DNA of 64,000 bases. It comes from an uncultured bacterium (lineage in GTDB: Bacteria > Armatimonadota > Abditibacteriia > Abditibacteriales > Abditibacteriaceae). Made by a program: the position numbers and the translations under genes. How positions within the stretch are numbered: position 1 is the first letter of the stretch; each line of letters starts with the position of its first letter. The notes under the pieces are model-generated. The model searched no databases, was not told where the DNA came from, and worked only from the letters and a program-made list of their open reading frames with translations. Where the stretch lies: the NCBI GenBank assembly GCA_963843795.1, contig CAWJLW010000006.1:496001-560000 (forward strand), read 5' to 3'. Positions 1 through 9,785 of this stretch are shown here, piece by piece.

Positions 1-316
1 GCCAGCCGCCCTGTCCGTTGTTGGTAGCTTGCACAAAGGTCATGTAAACGCGGTCGATGTCGGGTCGCTCTTCGCGGTCGACTTTAATGCAGATGAAATT
101 GGCGTTCATCAATTGCGCGATCGAATCGTTTTCAAAAGATTCGCGCTCCATTACATGACACCAGTGACACGTCGAATAACCAATAGACAAAAATATTGGT
201 TTGTTCTGGCTGCGCGCTAATTCAATGGAAGCATCGTTCCATTCGTGCCATTGCACCGGATTATGCGCGTGTTGTAGCAGATACGGGCTTTTGGCGTGAA
301 TGAGTTCGTTGTTCAT
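1..316 (-). CDS. YyaL/SSP411-type thioredoxin-domain protein (DUF255), 5' part, runs off window
   Basis: Manual translation from ATG 316: [23 protein letters not shown]...[22 protein letters not shown]...[12 protein letters not shown]; not in the ORF track because it has no stop in the window. Confidence 0.9.
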   Translation of the reverse strand, partial: MNNELIHAKSPYLLQHAHNPVQWHEWNDASIELARSQNKPIFLSIGYSTCHWCHVMERESFENDSIAQLMNANFICIKVDREERPDIDRVYMTFVQATNNGQGGW

Positions 317-321
317 AATAT

Positions 322-1083
322 TTACGATGCATTTTTCAAGTTCAGATGCTGAATGAAGAATTGCAATGAATCTTGAATATGCAAATCCCAGTACTCCCAA
401 GTGTGCGCGCCAGGGTTTTCCTGATACTCGTGCGCGATTTTCTGCTCTTGCAAGTACTTGCAGAAAGCGCGATTGTCTTCGATAAGAAAATCATCGACGC
501 CGCAATCTATGCGCAGAGCCGGTAGTTGTTCGCGGTCGATTTTTTCGGCTAGCGCGTATAAATCATCTGCGCCGCCGCGCGGCTTCGACCCTAAAATTTG
601 AGCAAATTCGAGATTCAAATTTTCGTCGTCACGCAAATTATGACCAAAGCCCAAAGCGCCGGAATGCGAAACTGCTGCGCAGAACATCGTGGGATATTTG
701 AGCGCGAATTTCATCGCCCCATAGCCGCCCATTGAAAGGCCGGCCACGACGCGCCCGCGCCGGTCGGGAACCGTATTGAATGCGTTATCGACAAAATTGA
801 TCACGTCGCGGGCGATGTAAGTTTCGTATTGGCTTTTGGAAGCGTCTTTGGCGTCGCAATAAAAGCCGCGCCCTCCGTCGGGCATTACAACAATGAGCGG
901 CAAATCGCGCACGTATTTTTCGATGTGACTGAGACGCATCCATGCGCTATGATTGTCGCTGAGGCCGTGTAAAAGATACAAAACCGGAAACGGGCCAACT
1001 TGGTTTTCGGGCCAGATAACCGATAAATTCATCATCTTTTGCAGTGCGTTCTGATTGTTCATCTGTAAAATTGCGCTCGCCAT
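322..1083 (-). CDS. Alpha/beta-hydrolase esterase (S-formylglutathione hydrolase/tributyrin esterase family)
   Basis: LYLLHG, nucleophile GLSMGG, CGVDD and GAHTWEYW motifs. Confidence 0.88.
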   Translation of the reverse strand: MASAILQMNNQNALQKMMNLSVIWPENQVGPFPVLYLLHGLSDNHSAWMRLSHIEKYVRDLPLIVVMPDGGRGFYCDAKDASKSQYETYIARDVINFVDNAFNTVPDRRGRVVAGLSMGGYGAMKFALKYPTMFCAAVSHSGALGFGHNLRDDENLNLEFAQILGSKPRGGADDLYALAEKIDREQLPALRIDCGVDDFLIEDNRAFCKYLQEQKIAHEYQENPGAHTWEYWDLHIQDSLQFFIQHLNLKNAS

Positions 1084-1244
1084 TTGAAATCCTTTTTCCT
1101 TAATTTAGCTTTGAAACCGGCGATTTGAATGCCGATGAAGTAAAAATTTCACCGCAGGTGCCTGCGGGGCGTTTTGTGCCAGCCGATTATACTGACAAGT
1201 GCCCTGCCAGTACTTGCAGGTCGGTTTATTGAATTGAAAACGTT

Positions 1245-2870
1245 ATGGCCAATCCACTCCGCGATTTTTTGTTTGGCACGATGCAGCAACCCAAGCGCGA
1301 GCTTGTCGAAGCCATCGAGCCGCGCCGCACTTTCGATGATGTTATTTTGCCCGATTCCACCCGTTTAGCCCTTAAACACGCACTCAATCAAATTCGCAAG
1401 CGCGACTTGATTTTTGGGCGTTGGGGGTTGGGCGAACGCCACATGACCGGGCAAGGTTTGGCCTTCAACTTCGCCGGGCCGCCGGGGACGGGCAAAACCG
1501 TGTGCGCCGAAGCCATCGCGCAAGCTCTGGGCAAGAAACTTTTGGTCGTGCGGTATTCGGAAATGGAAAGTTTGTGGGCGGGCGAAACCGGAAAAAATGT
1601 CGCCGCCGTCTTTCATTCGGCGCGTGAACAGGACGCGGTTTTATTTTTCGATGAAGCCGACGCCATCGCGGGAAAACGTTTCGCCAATGTGACTCAAGGC
1701 TATCAGCGCGAAGCTAATACGGTTGTCAATGTGTTGTTGAAAGAATTGGAAGATTTCGATGGCGTGGTGATTTTCGCAACCAACTTAGCGGCCAACTTCG
1801 ATCCGGCGTTTGAGCGGCGCGTGCGCACACATATTTTGTTTGAAATGCCCGGCCCGAAAGAGCGCGCGCAGATTTGGCGCGTGCAGTTGCACCAAAGCAA
1901 GACACCTTTAGCGCCAGATGTCGATTTCGAAGCGTTGGGTGAAAAATACGTGACGGCGGGCGGCGATATTAAAAACGCGGTCTTGAAAGCCGCCCAAATT
2001 GCGGCGGGCGAAAATGGCGCGGACGCCGATAAGCAGATTCATCAGCGTCATTTCGTGGAGGGCATGGAAGACGTAGTGGCGTCCAAGCGCGTGATGGCGC
2101 AATCGTTATACGGCGATGGTGATGGTTCGCACCGTTCGAGCGCCGATATGCAGGCGATGAACACGCTGAACGGTTTGAGCGGCGCTTGGGAAGAATTGTC
2201 GCAGGGACAGGGCAATTTGGAAGTTCAGGTCGATGAAATCGCGCGACGTGTGGGCGAAGTCGAACTGCAGAATCGTGCTCTGCCCGGCATTGTCGAACGC
2301 TTCGATGACGCGGCGCGCGTGGCGCAAAATGCCCTACGCGACGAACTGGAAAAGCGTTTGGACGATTATAACGTGCGTCTGGAAGAAAACGGCGCTGCGC
2401 TGGGACGCCTGGGCGAAAATTACGCGCAAATAGCTGAAGGTCACGCGACCTTAAACGAAGCGGTTCACGAACTGCGTGACAATAGCGGTGCGCTACGCGA
2501 CGAATTGGAAAAAGTGCGCTCTGGCAGCGGTGAGCTGCGCGAGCAACTTGAACGGGTGCGCGGGCAACTTGAACGGGTGCGCGGGCAACTGACCGAAGGT
2601 TTGGACGAACTGCGCCAATCGCGCGCCTTGGCGCTACGCGAAGAAGGCGAGCGCGCGGCGAATCAAGAAAAAATGATCATCGAATTGCGCGACAGCTTGC
2701 CCGCGCAGCTGGCATTGCTAGACGAAAAGCGCGCGGCGGAACTACAAATTACGCTGGGCCCGCTGCAACAAGAATTGCAAGTACTTGCCGGGCGCTTGCT
2801 GTGGGCTTATGGCGCCGCAGGCGTGGCAATTCTCACGGCGATTGTGGCAATTGTAATGGCGCTGAATTGA
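1245..2870 (+). CDS. AAA+ ATPase with long C-terminal coiled coil and terminal TM helix
   Basis: Walker A GPPGTGKT, Walker B LFFDEAD, SRH ATN..DPAFERR; heptad-rich region; hydrophobic C-terminus. Confidence 0.85.
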   Translation: MANPLRDFLFGTMQQPKRELVEAIEPRRTFDDVILPDSTRLALKHALNQIRKRDLIFGRWGLGERHMTGQGLAFNFAGPPGTGKTVCAEAIAQALGKKLLVVRYSEMESLWAGETGKNVAAVFHSAREQDAVLFFDEADAIAGKRFANVTQGYQREANTVVNVLLKELEDFDGVVIFATNLAANFDPAFERRVRTHILFEMPGPKERAQIWRVQLHQSKTPLAPDVDFEALGEKYVTAGGDIKNAVLKAAQIAAGENGADADKQIHQRHFVEGMEDVVASKRVMAQSLYGDGDGSHRSSADMQAMNTLNGLSGAWEELSQGQGNLEVQVDEIARRVGEVELQNRALPGIVERFDDAARVAQNALRDELEKRLDDYNVRLEENGAALGRLGENYAQIAEGHATLNEAVHELRDNSGALRDELEKVRSGSGELREQLERVRGQLERVRGQLTEGLDELRQSRALALREEGERAANQEKMIIELRDSLPAQLALLDEKRAAELQITLGPLQQELQVLAGRLLWAYGAAGVAILTAIVAIVMALN

Positions 2871-2883
2871 TAAATCATTGAGT

Positions 2884-2934
2884 CACAAAATAAAGCGCCG
2901 CGCATTTTCAAGATGCGCGGCGCTTTATTTTGTG
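2884..2934. terminator. Bidirectional intrinsic terminator
   Basis: CACAAAATAAAGCGCCGCGCAT...ATGCGCGGCGCTTTATTTTGTG inverted repeat between convergent genes. Confidence 0.85.
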
Positions 2935-2939
2935 TTCCT

Positions 2940-3566
2940 TCAGCGACGATTGCTAAGCAAAGAAACTCTAGCGTAGCGAATATCGTTTTTGCCGACGCGT
3001 TGGCCGTAAACGCGCACCGTATCGCCCACGCGCAAGCCGCGCGGAGTACGCGAATCGGTGTAAACATTGTAAATAGTGTTGCCGATGCGAATGTCGAATT
3101 CGTCTGAAGATTTCACTTTCGTGATGCGACCCGTAAAACTTTGGCTATTGTGGCCGTAACCAGCACCATTTCCATAGCCATAACCGCCGCCGTTTCCGTA
3201 GTTGCCGCCGTAACCATAGCCACCGTTTCCATAATTGCCGCCGTAACCGTAGCCACCACTTCCGTAATTGCCACCGTAGCCGTAACCGCCACTTTTGTAG
3301 CGGCCATTGCCATTGCGTCCATTTCGATAATCATCGTCGTTATCATAGCGGTCGCGATCGTAACGGTCGCTATCGTAGCGGTCGCGATTGGGTTGGTTGC
3401 GATTTTGAGCGCCGCGACGGTTGCGATTGTCACGGTTATCGTAACGATCTTTACGGTCGTTGCTGTTCTTGGGGCGCGCTTGTGCCGATGGCATGATGCT
3501 AGTGAGTACGCCGCTGCCGATAAGAGTAATGCCCAGTAAAATGCCTGAGCGCAGGTTAAATTTCAT
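2940..3566 (-). CDS. Secreted low-complexity protein (DRYD and GGYGYGGNYG repeats) with small C-terminal OB-like beta domain
   Basis: Start at 3566 (MKFNLRSG) after GGAGG; signal peptide ending AQA; Gly/Tyr repeats. Confidence 0.7.
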   Translation of the reverse strand: MKFNLRSGILLGITLIGSGVLTSIMPSAQARPKNSNDRKDRYDNRDNRNRRGAQNRNQPNRDRYDSDRYDRDRYDNDDDYRNGRNGNGRYKSGGYGYGGNYGSGGYGYGGNYGNGGYGYGGNYGNGGGYGYGNGAGYGHNSQSFTGRITKVKSSDEFDIRIGNTIYNVYTDSRTPRGLRVGDTVRVYGQRVGKNDIRYARVSLLSNRR

Positions 3567-3728
3567 GATATTTGCCTCCTGAGAGAAAAATCGTGGCCAT
3601 AATTGTTGGCATTGATGGCTTTTAAACGCGTCCCACGAGAATTTGTTTAGATTATTTTCGTCAATCGTCTCAAGGTTCGATGTGCGCTCGGCATTCAAAA
3701 CGCCCTGCAAGTACTTGCTGGCACCAAA

Positions 3729-5606
3729 ATGAAATTAAAAGGATTAATTGTGTCTCTTTATTCCCAAAACTCCCAAACCAGTTCTGCCGCGCCCGATTTG
3801 GAAAAGCCGCTGCCCACGCGCAGCGAAATTCCCGTCGAATTGACGTGGGATTTGAACCCGATTTACACCAGCGACCAAGAATGGGAAAGCGATTTCGTGC
3901 GCATGGAAAGTGAAATCGAGAAGTTCGCGCCCTTGCAAAACACGCTGAAAAATGGCGCTCAAGCGCTGCTGCAAGTACTTGCGTTGCGCGAAGCGACCGG
4001 AATTGTCTTCGGCAAACTGTATTCATATGCCAGTTTGCGCCAAAGCGAAAATAACGCCGACCCGCAGGCGCAAGCGCGCAAAGATCGCATGGCGATGCTG
4101 GGCACGCGGCGCGGCGCGGCGACGGCTTGGATCGAACCGGAAATTTTGTCGATTCCCGCCTCGCAATTACAAGAATGGGTGGAAAACGAATCCGAATTGC
4201 ACGTTTACCGGCGCTATTTCGAAACCTTGGAAATGCAGCGCCCGCATCGCTTGTCCGGCGAGGTTGAAAATGTGCTTGCTCAAGCCTATGAAGTTATGGG
4301 CAACTCCTACAATGTTTTCACGCTGTTCAATAACGCCGATTTAAAATTTCCGCACATCAAAGACGAAAATGGCCACGAAGTCGAATTGACTAAAGGCCGC
4401 TACATCAATTTTCTGGAAAGCCGCGACCGTAGCGTACGCGAAGCGGCGTTTCACGCCATGCAAGGCAGTTATTACAACTGGCGCAACACGCTGGCCGTCA
4501 CGCTGTCAGGCGCCGTGAAAAGTCATGTTTGCGATGCGCGCGTGCGTCGATACGAATCAGCTTTGGACGCGGCTTTATCGCCAGAAGAAATTCCGACCGC
4601 CGTTTATCACAATTTAATTTCCAGCGTGCGCGAGCGTTTGCCGGTTTTGCATCGTTATTTGCGTTTGCGCAAAAAACTGCTTGGCCTGGACGAACTGCAA
4701 ATGTGGGATTTATACGTGCCGATGCTCGCCGACGTTGACAAGAAGATGAGCTATCGCGAAGGCGCAGACGCAGTCTTGAGTTCTGCGCAGCCCCTCGGCG
4801 CGGAATATGTGAGTATTTTGCAGCGCGGTTTGGACGAGCGTTGGGTCGATGTGCCGGAAAATCAAGGCAAAACCAGTGGCGCGTTTTCCGATGGTAGCTA
4901 TGCCACGCCGCCTTATATTTTGATGAACTGGCAGGACAAACTCGATTCGACTTTCACTCTCGCCCACGAATTTGGCCACTCGATTCATTCCTATCTCACG
5001 CGCCAAACTCAGCCTTACACCTACGCGAATTACACGATTTTCGTGGCTGAAGTCGCTTCTACCCTGATGGAAAACCTCTTGTCTCATCAACTGGTTGAAC
5101 GCGCGAAAAAAGATAATGACCGTGCGCTGCAAATGTCGTTGTTGAACCAATACGCCGAACGTTTTCGCAGCACGTTGTATCGGCAAACGATGTTTGCCGA
5201 ATTTGAGTTGGCAATTCATCAGGAAATCGAGAATGGTGCTTCGCTAACGGCTGATAAAATGAGCGAGATGTATCTTAAGCTCAACGAAGATTTTTATGGT
5301 GCAGAAGTCACAGTTCACCCCGACATCGCCATCGAATGGGCGCGGATTCCACATTTCTACTACGACTTCTACGTTTATCAATACGCGACCGGCATTTCCG
5401 CCGCAACGGCATTGAGCCGTCAGGTTTTGGAAGAAGGCGAACCTGCGGTCGAGCGTTATTTGAATTTTCTGCGCGGGGGTTCCAGCCAGAATTCGATTGA
5501 TTTGCTGCGTGGCGCGGGCGTCGATATGGCTTCGCCACAGCCAATTCATCAAGCGCTGGATGTGTTTGAAGAAACGATTGCGCAGATGGAAAATTTGAGC
5601 GATTGA
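3729..5606 (+). CDS. pepF: Oligoendopeptidase F (M3B)
   Basis: TWDL N-terminus, GKTSGAF, HEFGH zinc motif, AEVAST, RQTMFAEFE, WARIPHFY. Confidence 0.95.
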   Translation: MKLKGLIVSLYSQNSQTSSAAPDLEKPLPTRSEIPVELTWDLNPIYTSDQEWESDFVRMESEIEKFAPLQNTLKNGAQALLQVLALREATGIVFGKLYSYASLRQSENNADPQAQARKDRMAMLGTRRGAATAWIEPEILSIPASQLQEWVENESELHVYRRYFETLEMQRPHRLSGEVENVLAQAYEVMGNSYNVFTLFNNADLKFPHIKDENGHEVELTKGRYINFLESRDRSVREAAFHAMQGSYYNWRNTLAVTLSGAVKSHVCDARVRRYESALDAALSPEEIPTAVYHNLISSVRERLPVLHRYLRLRKKLLGLDELQMWDLYVPMLADVDKKMSYREGADAVLSSAQPLGAEYVSILQRGLDERWVDVPENQGKTSGAFSDGSYATPPYILMNWQDKLDSTFTLAHEFGHSIHSYLTRQTQPYTYANYTIFVAEVASTLMENLLSHQLVERAKKDNDRALQMSLLNQYAERFRSTLYRQTMFAEFELAIHQEIENGASLTADKMSEMYLKLNEDFYGAEVTVHPDIAIEWARIPHFYYDFYVYQYATGISAATALSRQVLEEGEPAVERYLNFLRGGSSQNSIDLLRGAGVDMASPQPIHQALDVFEETIAQMENLSD

Positions 5607-5666
5607 AAGTAAATTGGGCGCTGCAGGTACTTGCAGCGCCGGTTTCTTTGTTTCGTATGACTTATC

Positions 5667-6188
5667 ATGACACAAATCAAACGCATTTTCGCCACCGGTG
5701 CCGCAGCGGTTCTGCTGGCTTTCGTCGTTAGTATCGCGGCGAAAAACGGTATGAGCGGGAAAATTCAACCCGCACCTGCACCGGCTTTCACACTTCCTGC
5801 CAAAGATGGCGGAAAAATTTCTCTGGCCAGCGCAACTCAGGGAAAAAAACTGGTGTTGCTAAATTTCTGGTTTGCGGCGTGTCCGCCATGTCGCGAAGAA
5901 TTTCCGGTTCTAGAAAAAATCTATCGCGAAAATAAAAATCGTGGTTTTGACATTGTCGGCATTAATGCTGTTGATGATGCTGAAACGATGCAAAAATTCA
6001 TCGAGGAAAACGATTTGACTTTTCATTTTGCGCGTGACGAAAATAGCGAAGTCAGCAGCAAATATCAAGTCGAAGCCACGCCGACCAGCATTTTAATCGA
6101 TCAAAACGGACAAATGATTTGGCGCAGCGTCGGTTTAGACGAAGAAGGGCTGCAAGCTGCTATCAACGAACATTTGGACAAAGCATGA
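5667..6188 (+). CDS. TlpA/ResA-like thiol-disulfide oxidoreductase
   Basis: N-terminal TM, LLNFWFAACPPCREE. Confidence 0.88.
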   Translation: MTQIKRIFATGAAAVLLAFVVSIAAKNGMSGKIQPAPAPAFTLPAKDGGKISLASATQGKKLVLLNFWFAACPPCREEFPVLEKIYRENKNRGFDIVGINAVDDAETMQKFIEENDLTFHFARDENSEVSSKYQVEATPTSILIDQNGQMIWRSVGLDEEGLQAAINEHLDKA

Positions 6189-6808
6189 ATTCCGACTGGC
6201 AAGAAGGCATCGAATATCTCAAAAAAGACGCGCCGATGCGCACGATTATCGAGCGCGTCGGCGCACCGGAATTGGGGCGCGAACGCGATGCGTGGCGCTC
6301 GCTTTCAAGTAGCATTATCGGCCAGCAAATTTCGGTCAGTGCTGCGCGCGCGATTCGTAATCGTTTCGCGGCTTTGGCCGGCAGTGATTATCCAACGCCG
6401 GAGCAAGTACTTGCAGCCGATGACGAAACGCTGCGAGGCGTGGGTTTATCGCGCAACAAAATTCTCGCCGTGCGCGATTTAGCTGCGCATTTAAAAGACG
6501 GGCGTATTCATGCAGCGCGCTTCGATGAAATGGACGACGAAGCGATTATCAAAGAATTGAGCGCGGTGCGTGGCATCGGTCGCTGGACGGCGCAAATGTA
6601 TTTGATGTTTTCGCTGCAACGCCCTGATGTGTGGGCAATCGACGATCTGGGTTTGCGTCACGGAGTGCGCAAGTTGCACGGATTGGACACGATGCCAACT
6701 AAAAAAGAAATGGAAAGTTTGGGCGCAATCTGGTCGCCATGGCGCAGCTTGGCTTCGTGGTATTTGTGGCGTTCGCTGGAGAATGAGCCAGAAATTGCGA
6801 CGAAATGA
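6185..6808 (+). CDS. alkA: DNA-3-methyladenine glycosylase II (AlkA/HhH-GPD family)
   Basis: IIGQQIS, HhH VRGIGRWTA, DDLG, WSPWRSLASWYLW; ATG at 6185 overlaps upstream stop. Confidence 0.85.
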   Translation: MNSDWQEGIEYLKKDAPMRTIIERVGAPELGRERDAWRSLSSSIIGQQISVSAARAIRNRFAALAGSDYPTPEQVLAADDETLRGVGLSRNKILAVRDLAAHLKDGRIHAARFDEMDDEAIIKELSAVRGIGRWTAQMYLMFSLQRPDVWAIDDLGLRHGVRKLHGLDTMPTKKEMESLGAIWSPWRSLASWYLWRSLENEPEIATK

Positions 6809-6884
6809 TGCTGCAAGTACTTGCAGCACATACAAATAAAACCCCGCGGACTTTTAGCCCGCGGGGTTTTATTTTGAACCGAGA

Positions 6885-6967
6885 TGTCGCAGAGAGGACT
6901 CGAACCTCCACGCCCTTGCGGGCACCAGCCCCTCAAGCTGGCGCGTCTGCCATTCCGCCACTGCGAC
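6885..6967 (-). tRNA. tRNA-Leu(GAG)
   Basis: GTCGCAG acceptor stem, CCAGC-TTGAGGG-GCTGG anticodon arm, long variable arm, GGTTCGAGTCC; downstream of secG. Confidence 0.95.
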
Positions 6968-6994
6968 AGGAATTCATGAGGAGTTAAGAAAAAT

Positions 6995-7321
6995 TCAACG
7001 TCCGGTAATAGCTTTCCAAATGTTGTTGCCGAACAGCATTACGAACACGTACAACAGCAGTAAAACCAGAACGTGAAAAACGTTGAGGGTTGGAATCGCG
7101 GCTAGCAAAGACAAAAACACAAAGCCAATAGCGACCCATTTGGTTAGCGGTTTCAAAATGCGTTCGGTGCCGACGAGCATATCAATTTCGCCCGCGCCGC
7201 GCCCGCCTGCCGCGCCAATTCCCATTACGCCGCCTTGTTCAGCTTTGGAGGTCTGAATCGCCAATAATGCGATCAAGGCAATCGCGTCGATCACCTGTAA
7301 AATACTCACAAACGTATGCAA
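6995..7321 (-). CDS. secG: Preprotein translocase subunit SecG
   Basis: TTG start after GAGGAG; TM-IQTSKAEQGG..G..ERILKPLTKW-TM pattern; secG-tRNA-Leu synteny. Confidence 0.8.
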   Translation of the reverse strand: MHTFVSILQVIDAIALIALLAIQTSKAEQGGVMGIGAAGGRGAGEIDMLVGTERILKPLTKWVAIGFVFLSLLAAIPTLNVFHVLVLLLLYVFVMLFGNNIWKAITGR

Positions 7322-7498
7322 CTTCGCACTCTCCTCGCGCCGCCAAGCGTGCTGCAAGTACTTGCAGCACGTTAAACACGCCCGACATATTATAGGAAAG
7401 CGCGCGCTTGCGGTCAAGCACGAAAACACAGCCAAACGCGCCAGGCGCGCCGCGGCTTTGATACAATTAAACGGTTCTTATTCTCTGAAATCTCGAAT

Positions 7499-8281
7499 TT
7501 GTCAAGGAATTTTACATTGGATGCCGTTCATTTGCGCGCGCTGCTCGAAGCTGTGCGCTCGGGAGAAATTTCAACTGAAGGTGCGTTAGGTCGTTTGCGC
7601 GATTGGCCGGGCGAAGATTTGGGTTTCGCGCATCTCGATCACCAGCGCGGTGTGCGTCAGGGCTTTCCCGAAGTGATTTACGGTGCGGGAAAAACTTCCG
7701 CGCAAATCGCTGAAATCGCTCAACGATTACACGCCAATGGCGCAACGGTTCTGGCAACGCGTTGCGACCAAGATGACTTTGCGGCCACGCAACAAGTACT
7801 TGCCAACGCCAAATTTCACGAAATCGCACGCTGCATCGTGATCGAAGGCGAACGCAAGCCAGCTTTGCCGGGCAAAATCGGTGTCATTTGCGCTGGCACC
7901 AGCGATTTGCCGGTCGCTCAGGAAGCCAGCATTACACTTCGCACTATGGGCGCGGACGTGCTGGAAATTAACGATATTGGCGTGGCCGGTTTGCACCGTT
8001 TGTTCGGGCGTTTGGAAGAAATTCGTAGTTGCGACCTTGTGATTGCGGTTGCGGGTATGGAAGGCGCTCTTCCGAGCGTGGTCGCTGGATTATTAAGCGC
8101 GCCGGTTGTCGCCGTGCCAACCAGCGTCGGTTACGGCGCAAATTTTGGCGGGCTAAGCGCATTGTTGGGAATGTTGAACTCGTGCGCCAACGGCATCGCG
8201 GTCGTGAATATCGACAACGGTTTCGGCGCAGCGGCGTTCGCGGCCAAGATTTTACAAACCAATCAAAAGTCAACTTCATGA
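7499..8281 (+). CDS. larB: Nickel-pincer cofactor biosynthesis carboxylase/hydrolase LarB
   Basis: GFPEVIYGAGKT, AGTSDLPVA, DIGVAGLHRL, AGMEGALPS, PTSVGYG, VVNIDNGFGA. Confidence 0.95.
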   Translation: MSRNFTLDAVHLRALLEAVRSGEISTEGALGRLRDWPGEDLGFAHLDHQRGVRQGFPEVIYGAGKTSAQIAEIAQRLHANGATVLATRCDQDDFAATQQVLANAKFHEIARCIVIEGERKPALPGKIGVICAGTSDLPVAQEASITLRTMGADVLEINDIGVAGLHRLFGRLEEIRSCDLVIAVAGMEGALPSVVAGLLSAPVVAVPTSVGYGANFGGLSALLGMLNSCANGIAVVNIDNGFGAAAFAAKILQTNQKSTS

Positions 8282-9714
8282 AAATTGCTTATTTCGATTG
8301 TTTTTCCGGTATCGCGGGCGATATGGCGCTGGGCGCGTTGCTCGATTGCGGCGTGCCGCTCGCTGAATTGAAAAGCGCGTTGGCCACGCTCAAATTAGAA
8401 GATTGGGACATCGAAACCACGCCCGCCCTGAAAAGCGGCATCCACGGTTTGCAAGTACGCATCACGCATCACGGACAAACCGATCACGAAGAATTCGAAC
8501 ACGCGCATGATCACGAACACGCGCATGATCACGAACACGCGCATGATCACGAACACGCGCATGATCACGAACACGCGCATGATCACGAACACGCGCATGA
8601 TCACGAACACGCGCATGATCACGAACACGCGCATGATCACGAACACGCGCATGAGCATTCGCATGAGCATTCGCATTCGCACGTTCACACGCACGGGCGT
8701 TCGATGGCGGAAATTCGGGCGTTGATTGAAAGCAGCGCATTGAGCGCGCGTGTGAAAATGCAAAGTCTGGCGGTTTTCGAGCGCATCGCGCAAAGTGAAG
8801 CGCAGATTCATCACATGGAAGTTGCCGCTGTGCATTTTCATGAAATTGGCGGTCTGGATTCGATTGTCGATATTATCGGCGTGTGCTGGTGCTTGGAATA
8901 TCTGGGCGTGGAAAGCGTACGGTTTTCGCCGTTGCCCAGTTCGCGCGGTTGGGTCGATTGCGCGCACGGTCGGATGCCGGTTCCGGCTCCGGCGACGCTG
9001 TTGCTTTTGAAAAGTGTGCCGCTTGTGGCAACAGAAATCGAAGGTGAAATGGTGACACCGACAGGCGCGGGCATTGTGGCGGCATTGGGCGAAAGTTTTG
9101 GTGCGCTGCCGTCGTTTACTCCGCAACATGTTGGTGCGGGCGCGGGGCGCAAGAATTGGCCCGACCGTCCGAATTTGCTGCGTGTGATTATCGGCGAAAT
9201 GGGAAATGCAGAAAGCACAAAAGACGCGTCGCAAGTACTTGCGCCCTCAGTTGCCGCGCGTTTGCCGGGTTTGAAGTGGCAGCAATTGCAGGTCGTAGAA
9301 TGCAATGTAGACGACATGAACCCGGAGTTCTTCTCCCACGTCATGGAGCGGATTTTTGAGGTGGGCGCGCTCGATGTGTGGTTGCAACCGTTGCAAATGA
9401 AAAAGAATCGACCGGCGCATTTATTGAGTGCGCTGTGTGAAATCGAGCGCGTGCCAGATGTGGTGCGCGTGATTTTGTGCGAAACGACAACGCTCGGCGT
9501 GCGTTTGCAAGCGGTCGAGCGCGCTTCACTGCAGCGCGAAAACAGCGAAGTGGTGACACCTTACGGCAAAGTGCGCGTCAAAATCGCGCGCTGGGACGAA
9601 GAGAATCTTAATCGTGCCAAGCCCGAATGGGACGACGTGCAGCAGTTGGCGCGTGAGAATGGCGTTACCGCGCGCGAAGTTTATGCGGCTGCACAACGCG
9701 CTTTAGAAAGCTGA
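8278..9714 (+). CDS. larC: Nickel insertase LarC
   Basis: MKIAYFDCFSGIAGDM, VHFHEIG, HGRMPVPAPAT, ECNVDDM, MKKNRP, PEWDD. Confidence 0.95.
   Translation: MKIAYFDCFSGIAGDMALGALLDCGVPLAELKSALATLKLEDWDIETTPALKSGIHGLQVRITHHGQTDHEEFEHAHDHEHAHDHEHAHDHEHAHDHEHAHDHEHAHDHEHAHDHEHAHDHEHAHEHSHEHSHSHVHTHGRSMAEIRALIESSALSARVKMQSLAVFERIAQSEAQIHHMEVAAVHFHEIGGLDSIVDIIGVCWCLEYLGVESVRFSPLPSSRGWVDCAHGRMPVPAPATLLLLKSVPLVATEIEGEMVTPTGAGIVAALGESFGALPSFTPQHVGAGAGRKNWPDRPNLLRVIIGEMGNAESTKDASQVLAPSVAARLPGLKWQQLQVVECNVDDMNPEFFSHVMERIFEVGALDVWLQPLQMKKNRPAHLLSALCEIERVPDVVRVILCETTTLGVRLQAVERASLQRENSEVVTPYGKVRVKIARWDEENLNRAKPEWDDVQQLARENGVTAREVYAAAQRALES
8497..8654 (+). repeat. 18-bp tandem repeat (8 perfect units plus partial) encoding (EHAHDH)n in larC
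   Basis: GAACACGCGCATGATCAC x8 from 8497 to 8640. Confidence 0.97.
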
Positions 9715-9785
9715 AGCGCACGGAAGGCCAGAAGTGAAATGCGCAGCGATGAGTTGGAAATTCAACATCGCGCGCCAGGAGTTTT

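Noticed and set aside
3113..3539. Hydrophobic Ala/Thr/Val-rich ORFs
   Set aside because: Alternate frames of the Gly/Tyr/Asp/Arg repeat gene
8395..9234. Antisense and alternate-frame repeat ORFs (MRVFVI)n, (HARVRD)n, (MITNTR)n
   Set aside because: Shadows of the larC 18-bp repeat
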